A stretch of DNA of 64,000 nucleotides from Octopus sinensis. Taxonomy: Eukaryota. The stretch covers positions 68,572,001-68,636,000 of the forward strand of contig NC_043004.1 of assembly GCF_006345805.1 (NCBI RefSeq), given 5' to 3'. The notes below the pieces were generated by a model. That model made no database searches, was not told the DNA's origin, and saw only the letters and a program-made list of their open reading frames with translations. Of the stretch, positions 53,930-64,000 are shown piece by piece (position 1 is the first letter of the stretch; each line of letters begins with the position of its first letter). The translations under genes were made by a program, and so were the position numbers.

Positions 53930-54308
53930 GGCAGCGAGCTGGCAGAAACGTTAGCACGCCGGGCGAAATGTTTAGCGGTATTTCGCCTGTCGTTACGTTG
54001 TGAGTTCAAATTCCGCCGAGGTCGACTTTGCCTTTCATCGTTTCGGGGTCGATAGATTAAGTACCAGTTACGCACTGGGGTCGGTGTAATCGACTTAATC
54101 AGTTTGTCTGTCCTTGTTTGTCCTTTCTGTGTTTAGCCCCTTGTGGGTAGTAAAGAAATAGGTATTTCGTCTGTCTTTACGATCTGAGTTCGACTTTGTC
54201 ATTCATTCTTTCGGAGTCGATGAATTAAGTACCATTTGCCTACCGGGGTCGATCTAATCGACTGGCCCTCTCCCACAAAATTTCGGGACTTGTGCCTAGA
54301 GTAGAAAA
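53930..54308 (+). mobile_element. SINE family A, dimeric, with ~15-bp TSD
   Basis: Head ggcagcgagctggcag; second unit from ~54162. TSD aatatgta(t/c)acacat at 53911 and 54309. Confidence 0.9.
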
Positions 54309-54360
54309 AATATGTACACACATGCACACACACACACCACACACACAATTATATATATAT

Positions 54361-54416
<56 letters not shown>

Positions 54417-54606
54417 ATTATATAAAAGGGCTTAGTAAAATAAATTACTTTGCCGCATACTGAACTCATTAGAAATAGCAGCTAAAAAAAACTTTTTAAA
54501 AACTATTTCTAATACTTAAAGAAAACCTCTCTCATATAGTGTTTGCTCAATTCAACTCACGCAAATATGGGGGTAGAGACATAAAAAATCAAGTGCAAAG
54601 GTTATT

Positions 54607-54659
54607 TGAGAACGTACGTTTCAAGATTAGTCAAAGTCGACATTTCTATCATCAGCTCA
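54607..54659 (-). ncRNA. Hammerhead ribozyme motif, canonical core
   Basis: Reverse complement of 55095-55147. Confidence 0.8.
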
Positions 54660-55094
54660 GAACTCCCTGGTTTGGATTTGAAAACACTGAAAGTGGGAGC
54701 ATACCCTTTCGGCTTCCTCTCGCTTCTGAAGATCTGCTCGTAACTAACAGTGCCAACAAACTCAAAAATGCAAGCGAAGAATTTCTGCTCTCCCCTTTTT
54801 CCACCAGCGTGGGTTAAAATCAGTAAACACTATGCTTTTTTCGGTAAAATCCGCGGCATTATATAGAAGAGATGAATTATAATTTCAACAATTGAGGGTA
54901 AAATTAATTAATTAATCAATTTCACCAAGTATTCAGTATGCAAAGGGACCATTTAAGGCGAATTCAAATTATTACATTATATAAAAGGGCTTAGTAAAAT
55001 AAATTACTTTGCCGCATACTGAACTCATTAGAAATAGCAGCTAAAAAAAAAAAAACAGTGTTTCAGTTATTTTCAAATCCAAACCAGGGAGTTC

Positions 55095-55147
55095 TGAGCT
55101 GATGATAGAAATGTCGACTTTGACTAATCTTGAAACGTACGTTCTCA
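55095..55147 (+). ncRNA. Hammerhead ribozyme motif, canonical core
   Basis: tgag-CTGATGA(55099-55105)-t.aga.aat.gtc...gac.taa.tct.t-GAAA(55132-55135)-cgtacg-TT-ctca. Stem III lies in the 10-nt palindrome aacgtacgtt. Confidence 0.8.
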
Positions 55148-55432
55148 AATAACCTTTGCACTTGATTTTTTAATGTCTCTACCCCCATATTTGCGTGAGT
55201 TGAATTGAGCAAACACTATATGAGAGAGGTTTTCTTTAAGTATTAGAAATAGTTTTAAAAAAGTTTTTTTTAGCTGCTATTTCTAATGAGTTCAGTATGC
55301 GGCAAGTAATTTATTTTACTAAGCCCTTTTATATAATGTAATAATTTGAATTCGCCTTAATGGTCCCTTTGCATACTGAATACTTGGTGAAATGATTAAT
55401 TAATTAATTTTACCCTCAATTGTTGAAATTAT

Positions 55433-55476
<44 letters not shown>

Positions 55477-55590
55477 TATTTAGGAAGGGTCATTATGCCA
55501 GTTTAGCCAATAAAACACACGCACTATATATTTGGTGTTAATTTGCTTCAACTTTGTTTATTTTTTACATTAATCTTAATCTTATTTCCC

Positions 55591-55630
55591 TCAGAATTCT
55601 TTCGTCACACTTCTGTGACCTCATCAGTGG
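55591..55630 (-). ncRNA. Hammerhead-like motif, canonical core, weak stems I and III; element ~55471-56030
   Basis: Minus strand: ca-CTGATGA-g-gtcac-agaagt-gtgac-GAAA-gaat-TC-tg. Confidence 0.55.
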
Positions 55631-56539
55631 TCCTTTGCTTTCTTTTTTCGTATTTGTGTGTCTCTCCTTACTAATGGTCAGCCATTTTGTATTTTGTTTT
55701 CCTATTGTACGTGTCTTTATTTGCGCATGTGTATGCCCCTATGTGTGTCTATTCTTAGTTTGTGTGTGTGTGTGTGGGTGGGTGGGAAGTGCCTGTAATA
55801 TTTGTATCTCCTGTTTATACACGTTCATGTAATTTGTTTTTGTTTATTTTGTTCATGTGTTTACATCTACTTATTATTATTATTATTAATTCTTTGGGGC
55901 TTGTATTTAATGAAATTAATCTTTTTTTGTCAATGTATATAGCTATTTACTTCCATTTGTTTATCTGTGTATTTATTATGTTTTTAGTTTTGTTTATATT
56001 GTTATCAGTTTACGGGGATCTTATTCTGTCATATATGTGTATATATATACATATATATATACATATATATATATATACGAAGAAGAAGAAGAAGAAGAAG
56101 AAGAATGCGGTAGTGCCATGATAGTAGTATGTTAAATGGTCAAGTGACCTAAAAGTGATTCGTTGTGGATTTTAGCAGTGATTGGGACTGTTTTTTAATG
56201 AATTCTTGGTAATCTCTTGAGTGTATCATGTATGTATGTGTGTTTGTGTGTTTGTGCGTATGTACATATATATGTTTGTTTATGGTGACTTATATAATAA
56301 TCTTAAAACACGGTAGTGCAGAGTGAGAGCGCTGCATAAGATATCGAAAAGTAATTAAATATTCCTACTGTTATGATAACAATTTGAATATGAATAAAAT
56401 ATAGTAGAGAGGAAGATATGGGCTAACCACTATGAGAAACTTTTCACTTGAACTACACAAATAATTAACGAATGTAATAGCAAGAGGACCAAATATAAAA
56501 GCCAGGGAAACCGGGTAAACATTTTTACTATGAACTTAG

Positions 56540-57270
56540 CTACAACTGCAGGCAACCAAACTAAAAATAAATTACAGTAAAAATATTTCTAAGAATGTGT
56601 AGTGGTATATAATTCCCTTCGGAAAGTAAATTCTTTCCAACATTCCCAAATTGTTCCACTCGGTATTGGAAAAATATTTTCCAAAAAATATGAAATATTT
56701 TAAAGTGTTTAATAAACATAAAATCAAGCTTGAATTTTCTAATAGCGGAGCCTCGTGCAAATTATAGCAACACTCAACGTAGTAAGTTAAGTAATTTCCA
56801 TAAGAATACGGATGGTAGCAACCAGAATATAAATCGTGGATTCACAATAAATAGTAACGGTTGTAATTTCATTAACCGAGCCAGGAATGGATTAAATGGC
56901 TATAACAGAAGTACTAACGAAAGGAAAACAACTGTAACAAAAATCAAACGTGAGACTAGGAAGTGAAGATAAGAACATTAGAAAGTGCACTACTTGGAAT
57001 GTCATCAATGTGAAAAGAAGAAATAACCTATAAAATAGGCAAAATAAGTTAGAGAAAACCTCTCATGAAACCAACATAAAAATATTAATAGAATTAAGAC
57101 TAATACCTGTGATTGCGCAAGAAATAGACGATGTCCTTTAAATTTCGATTGTATGACTAAAATGGGGTTTACAGGTGCAGAGTTTACAGGTGCAGGAGTC
57201 AATGAGTATTTCTATATAGGTGCTACCTTCTGTTTTATTAAACAAAGAATAGCTAACAATGAAAATACTT
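56540..57270 (+). mobile_element. Penelope-like element remnant: linker + Cys motif + GIY-YIG endonuclease start
   Basis: WYIIPFGK*ILSNIPKLFHSVLEKYFPKNMKYFKVFNKHKIKLEFS (cf. WFNPPF..KHFP..KIFN..K.SYS), TCDCARNRRCPLNFDCMT, GVYRC and FYIGAT..IKQRIAN. Confidence 0.8.
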
Positions 57271-57399
57271 TTAAAAATATATATACATACATATATATGT
57301 ATGTATATATATAAATATATATATATATATGTGTGTGTGTATGTGTGTGTGTGTATGCATGTGTGTGTGCATATATATATGTGTGTGCATATATATGTG

Positions 57400-57455
<56 letters not shown>

Positions 57456-57581
57456 CATACACACACACATGGCTTCAATATTGAGTATTGAATATTGGTG
57501 CTGGCACACATTTCGAGTACGTAACCCGGGTGCGCTTTTGTAGGTTTGTGTACGTGTGTTTGTCTTCGTGTTTGTGTTGGA

Positions 57582-57822
57582 GATGGAATGTGGCTTAGTA
57601 TTTAGGAAGTTGGACTCATGATCGCAAGATTGTGGTTTCGAATATTTTATCGGGCGACGCGTTGTGTTCTTGTGCAAAACACTTCACATCATCACGTAGC
57701 TCCAGGCGGCAAAAATGAGTAATCCTGCGACGGACCGGGGTCCCGTCCAGACAGGGAATTTATATGCCAAGGAAAACGGGAAATCGGCCCTTATGAGTCG
57801 GCCTAACTCGAGACGGTAACTT
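57582..57822 (+). mobile_element. Degenerate tRNA SINE with a V-domain-like segment
   Basis: Head gtggcttagtatttagg...gtttcga; cctgcgacggaccggggtcccgtccag...cggcccttatg is shared with 63680-63765 (minus). Confidence 0.6.
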
Positions 57823-58779
57823 CTTGATTCTCTGTGTGTACGCACGTATGTGTGTGTGTGTGTGTGTGTGTGTGTAACTTAAAGTCGATTTAATAACGGT
57901 CTGTACTTTCTTCGACGAGCTCGAGGAACGAATAATCAATAACTGGAATTTTATCGTGCTTATACCTCATATAAATTATTATTATTAACAAAGACTTGAA
58001 TAAAGTTATTTCTTGCAGTTAAACACCACTGGAGGTTTCACATATATCGTCATTGTTGTTAATTTATCTGATAGTAAAACCACATTTACTTTAATCAAAC
58101 TTCCAAACATGTTGCGGTTAAAATTAAATATTATCAAACTTATTAACCTCTTTTAATTAACATTGTCACCTCCAGTAATGAAGGAACTGATTTAATAACA
58201 GCCACAGACTTTCCATCTCAAATTTTTACATCAATAATTACAAATTTTATACGAAGTGGTCTAGTTGCTATCCATATATAATATATATATATATATCTGA
58301 TGATGACGAAGATCATGATGACGATGATGGTGATGATGGTGTAAAAGGGGATGAGTATGATGCTGAGTGTTATGGTGATAATAATGATGATGATGATAAT
58401 GATGACGTTTGAGCTCAAATCAGCCCAGGTTACACAGGCCCATAATGAAAGCATTCCAGCCGTGACACTTCTACTGTTTCATTGGGAAAATAGCTCTAGA
58501 CTATTAAATATGTCATTCAATTAAGTCGGCTCGTTACAATTTATGGAAGAATTTCGCTGCTATGAGATCTAGCAGGTATAGTAGCCAGAATCAGGCTATC
58601 ACGTTGTTTTCATATACATACATACATACATACATACATACATACATACATACATACATACATGCATACATATGTACGTCTGGCTACGTGTATGTGTTTG
58701 TGTGTACCCCAAATATTCACATACACTTCTGTACATATAAATATATATATGTATCTCTCTCTCTCTCTCTCTCAGACTA

Positions 58780-58838
<59 letters not shown>

Positions 58839-60189
58839 GTATAAAATCAGTTCGATTCAAATTCGTTCGTACTCCGAGCTTCAAGCGTGGTGCTAGTCTT
58901 CAGCCATTTTGAATTTGAATGAAAGAAATTGGAATGTAAGGTGGGCTCCGATTGGTCGGGGAAGGTCACGCAGTGTCGTGGTCTGATGTTGGTATATCGG
59001 TATACCAGCGACAACAGTTGGAAAATAGCGCATGGTGAACAGTAAATCGATCACGTGGTGAGCAGGGAATCGATCGGATTGGTGGAGGGGAAGAAGGAAG
59101 GGGCGGCATGTAGAAGTATATAGTTGTATATGTGGGTGTGTGGATGCGCTCATATGATTTCACGTGCAAGTCTGTATTGATGCGAGCATGCGCATCTGTA
59201 CATGGGAGCGCACGCCATCCCCGGCACATGCATGAACGAACATGCACCCACACACATACACGTGCATATTCACACATGCGTACACATGTATACATCACAC
59301 GCAAACATGCGTATTCATTTATATGTATATATGTATATACGCATTCATGCATGCATGTACACATCCATATTAGTGTGCGCGCACACACACATGCGCGTGC
59401 ACATGAGTATTCGCGCGCGCATGCATGAGTATTCATGCGCATAAAAAGCGTTGGGGATTGGTAAACGTTGGGAATTTGGCGTTTGAGATTGGTAAGCGCT
59501 AGGGATTGGTAATTGGGGGGTCATGCTCACGGGGTTGGTTGGTGGCGGTGGCCTTGGTGCAGGCGGTGCAGAGTAGCAGCTGGTACCAAGATGGTATATC
59601 CGGGTTGTCGGGTGTCAGAGGCTTAAAATTTGCCAAAAGAGCATACCTCTCGTGACGGCAACAAGATAAATCGTATTTCATGTTGATGGATACTGCGGGT
59701 TCTTGGAGCGCTCAGCCACTTGCATGTTAATTTCAGGAGCAGCCTGTTCTGTTGATCGAATCAACTGGAACCCCAGTCGTCGCAAACGACAGAGTGCCAG
59801 TTAGTTATTTTCTGCGTATATATAAAAAGATTGAAGTTTTATTGAAAATACATTGAACTGTTGAACTTGAAAGAATTATATGCAAGGAAAACTTTTATAC
59901 AAATTTTTATATATAGATGTTATACAAATCGTTATATGTAGATGTTAAATATAGTGATAACATCTTTATTGAGTTATTTCATATTTCTCCAACTGTTATG
60001 TTATTAAATCATCGGTAACCCTGCTTTGCCAAAATCGGAAACATTTTTCGGAGTTTATTAACCTCAGGCTAGTTGCTGTGCTTCATAGGTTAATAATGCG
60101 TTTTAGCTTTTGCATTTCTTTGAAATTGCGTTTTAGCTTTTCCATTTCTTTGGGTTAAAGAACCCTTAAATGACATTTACTGTTACATG

Positions 60190-61260
60190 TGTAGCTACAG
60201 GGTTTTCAATCTTGAACGAACATTCGTAAATCATATTTCTCGGTACGTACTTCAGGGCACAAATACGGAATTGCTTTGTATGTCTATGCATACTTTAGGG
60301 GACCACATATCACCAAAAGGCATATCAGCATTTCACTACTTTCCACTGTTGTGTCATGAAAATAATTATGTGTCAAAAGTCAGCGTCGTCACCGATATTT
60401 TTTATGTTGATATTTGGGGTCCTTCCTTCCAAATGCTGTGAGAATGAAATAGTCTTGTACAAATGTGTGACGCAATAATATGTACTGCAAGATTTGCACT
60501 GCTTCCTCTGATGGAAGAGTTCTCACCATTCGTATCGGTTTGAGCTATCTGTAATTGAACTTTCAGAGGGCAAGGTGAAAGCCCCATTGTCTTTCGAGAG
60601 GCAGAGATAAGTCTCTTTCTTCATCACAAATATTGATACACTTCTCTCTGTCTCATAGTTCTGACAGATATACTTTTTACCCACCATTGAATTGACGTTC
60701 CGGAGACATACGGTGCGTGAAGAAAGTCCTCGTCTTTTACGATTCAGAGATGTTCTTTTTGCCACGCTATTTGATAAGGAAGAGAGGTAGTAATGCACTT
60801 CTCTTTGTCACGCAGCTCTATCAGACTGAGTTTCCCCTGCCCATTGAGTTACATCTAGGACACATTTCGAAGATGTAGTTTCAACAAAAGAAATCTCTTT
60901 TCTGTTTCACAATTTCAACGCTTCGTTAATTAGTTGTATTTTCCGCAGTTTTCTTCGTTTGACAACACGCGTGTTACGTGTGTGCATACTTTCTGCCGCT
61001 GGTACTTCTGATATTTTTGTTTATGCTGAACAAATTTGCATTTTCAGATATTAAATTGTCATTGTCTTTACTCGAGAGTGTAGCTTTTTGTTTTATTGTA
61101 ATTATTCTGTCTATCTGCTTTCCATCTTTCAGTTAATTTCTCCCTTTTTTTGTTTTTGATGTAATGACTATTTTGTTGTCAAGGGTCGTAATCAGGGCCA
61201 GTCTGTTTTGTGTTACTAACTCCTACTGCTTCTCTTATAGAGGAAGCCATATTGAAAATT
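60190..61260 (-). mobile_element. Possible heavily decayed LINE (ORF1 knuckle / APE start)
   Basis: Fragmentary readings CPRCNSMG, LRNVNSM and DL.CLS, with many frameshifts. Confidence 0.3.
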
Positions 61261-61432
61261 ACTGTAAGCAACAAAATTACAGAGGGAGAATGTAATGTGT
61301 TTTGAGCAGACCCCTCTTACTTAGGATATTCATTCAGAAGGGCCGGTGTTCAAACGTATTCTATTTAATGTAGCATGTTAACCAGTCAGTCAGCTCGCCG
61401 TCTTTATGTAATAATAATAATAATAATAATAA

Positions 61433-61476
<44 letters not shown>

Positions 61477-61593
61477 TAAGTATAATAAGAACAACAACAT
61501 CAATAATAATAAGAAAAACAACCTCAACAACAACGGCAACAACTATTATTGAAATTTCCTTATTATTATTATTGTTGTTATTGTTGTTGTTGT

Positions 61594-61655
<62 letters not shown>

Positions 61656-61736
61656 TTATTATTTTTTCTTCTTTCTTCAAATTTTCTTCCATTTCTCGGC
61701 GAGTGTTTACCATAGCCCTATTATTATTATTATTAC

Positions 61737-61788
<52 letters not shown>

Positions 61789-62740
61789 TGTCACACAAAC
61801 ACATGAGTTATTGTGGGTAGGAATAATCAATTTTATTGGCCCCGGAGGGATGGAGAGCAAAACTGACCTCAGCCGGATTTGAATACTGAAGGTAAAGAAA
61901 TGGAAGAAAATTCTGCGAGGCATTTTCTCCGACATTTTAACTCATCAACCTTTGGAAAATGAACCTCGGTGAGATTTGAACTCAGGAACGTAATGACCCG
62001 GAACATATACTGCAAGGCATTTTGACTAAAGCATTAACACAGGAATTCTTAATAACTTTTCTGTCATTCCATTTAACCCCAGGCAAATGTTTTGAAAGCA
62101 ATTTCCACCCCCCACCCTTCAGTGGTTTGACTTTATATTATTTCTAATATAAATATTTGACAAAGAAGAAATTTAAAATACTATTTTTAAAAAGCATAAT
62201 TATTTTAGTTTCAGTATAACGATAAAATAAAAAAGAAAAACGACAAGAAAAAAGAATGGCAGATGGCAATGTTTAGTTAATTTGTTTATGAATTAATGAT
62301 CAACAAATACTTGAACCGAACGCATCTTTCTGATTTGGCTACTCCATTAGCAGCACAACAATTAAGAAGTGGATGGTGTATACAATACAGTTAGACCCGA
62401 CGTGGTAGACGGAAAAATAATTAGGATTTTTTCTTCACAAAATAAGACTACTTAAAGTACTTTTGTTTTCAACTTCAGATTTTTTTTCACAATTATAATT
62501 GAAAGAAAAAAACAAAAACCCTAAAAGAGCCTGAGAATTATTAACAGGTTGCAAATATGACTGTGTGGTGAAGATGCTAGCTTTGCAACCACATAATTTC
62601 TCTTTCAGTGTGGGCCCATTGCGTGGTAGCTCTGGCAAATGTCTTCTACTACAGTCCCGGAGCGCCCTCTTTATGAATTTCCTGCACGGAAACTGTGCAG
62701 AGGCCCATCGTACACACACACACACATACACACACACACG

Positions 62741-62786
<46 letters not shown>

Positions 62787-62821
62787 ACACACACAGTGTC
62801 AATATATATTTATATATATAT

Positions 62822-63049
62822 TTATTTACTGCCCACAAAGGGCTAAACATAAAGGGGACAAACAAGGACAGACAAACGGATGAAGTCAATTACATCGACC
62901 CCAGTGCGAAACTGGTACTTTATTTATCGACCCCGAAACGATAAAAGGCAAAGTCGACCTCGGCGGAATTTGAACTCAGAACGTAACGACAGACGAAATA
63001 CCGCTAAGCATTTCGCCCGGCGCGCTAACGTGTCTGCCAGCTCGCCGCC
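62822..63049 (-). mobile_element. SINE family A, monomer
   Basis: Full head-to-tail match to the unit at 1335-1566; flanked by atatatttatatata. Confidence 0.9.
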
Positions 63050-63065
63050 TATATATTTATATATA

Positions 63066-63528
63066 GGCACCGGCCTGACTGTGTGGTACGAAGTTTGCTT
63101 CCGAACCACATGGTCACATGGTTCACGATTCAGTCCCACTGCGTGGTACCTTGGGTAAGTGTCTTCTATTATAACCTCGGGTGGATCAAAACATTGTGAG
63201 CGGATTTGGTATGGAAAGTGAAAGAAGCCCCTCGTATGTCTATGCATGTATATATATATATATTTATGCGTGTGTTTGTTTCTGTATGTGTGTAGTGTGT
63301 ATGAATCTATTTTAGTGTCTTTGTGTCTGTGTTTATCCCCTATCACCGCTTGACATCCTGTGTTAGTGTACTTATGTTCCCATTGTCTAGCGCTTCGGCA
63401 AAAGAAACCAATAGAATAACTTCCAGGCTTAAGAAAATAAGTACTAGGGCTCGATTCGTTCAACTAAAAATTCTTCACGGTCGTGCCCTAACATGGCCGC
63501 CGTTTAATGACTGAAACAAGTAAAAGAC
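63066..63528 (+). mobile_element. Older SINE family B-related copy
   Basis: cagtcccactgcgtggtaccttggg and the tail catggccg...tgactgaaacaagtaaaaga. Confidence 0.8.
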
Positions 63529-63639
63529 AAACAACAAAAGATGTGCGTGTATGTCTGTGTGTATGCGTATGTGCGCGCACATGTGTGTGTATGTGCTATT
63601 ATCTGTGTTTGTCCCTCACCATCGTTTGGCAACTGGTTT

Positions 63640-63962
63640 GTTTTGTTTGTTGTTTGTTCCTTCTCAAACCATGCCTGTCTATTAAGGGCCGGTTTTCCGG
63701 TTTCCTGGTTTCCTTGGCATATAGGTTCCCCACCCGGACGGAACGCCGGTCCGTCGCAGGTGAGCTGCAAGATGCAGGAGGAAAGAGTAAGAGAAAGTTG
63801 TGGCGAAAGAGTCAGCAGAAGTTCGCCATTACCTTCTGCCGGAGCCGCATGGAACTTAGGTGTTTTCGTTCATAAACACACACATCGCCTGGTCTGAGAA
63901 TTGAACCCGCGATCCTGCGACCGCGAATCCGCTGCTCTAACCACTAGTCCATGTGCCGCCAC
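63640..63962 (-). mobile_element. SINE family C head with a V-domain-like 3' part
   Basis: Head catggactagtggttagagcagcggattc...gggttcaattc is shared with 5299-5592; the 3' part is shared with 57720-57822. Confidence 0.75.
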
Positions 63963-64000
63963 TAGTTTTGTTTAGGTCCACATAAATTTCCGGTTCAGCA

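Larger units (their letters stand above)
54415..55433. mobile_element. PLE/retrozyme-like element: ~560-bp unit in partial tandem plus an inverted copy, flanked by (TA)n
   Basis: 54417-54490 is repeated directly at 54977-55050. ~55060-55340 is the reverse complement of ~54417-54692, and ~55340-55433 mirrors ~54878-54976. Confidence 0.85.

Overview
Eukaryotic, AT-rich, repeat-saturated 64 kb with a 100-N gap at 4087-4186. The SINE families and the (TA)n/(CATA)n/(TATC)n load resemble an octopus/cephalopod intron or intergenic region (inference). No complete host gene is visible, and almost all ORF-track entries are microsatellite translations. Content: many tRNA-derived SINEs of several families, a 5'-truncated CR1-group LINE, R4/Dong-type LINE remnants, Penelope-like element (PLE) remnants, mariner/MITE relics and possible Helitron relics. 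Two signals stand out. (1) About eleven type-I hammerhead ribozyme motifs lie in short elements, nearly all bordered by (TA)n and often with inverted arms. Their core 3-8 pair co-varies (C-G, U-A, G-C). (2) The CR1-type LINE copy appears strand-specifically A-to-G hypermutated, as expected for a retrotransposed ADAR-hyper-edited RNA. All structures were read by eye, and boundaries of degenerate repeats are approximate.
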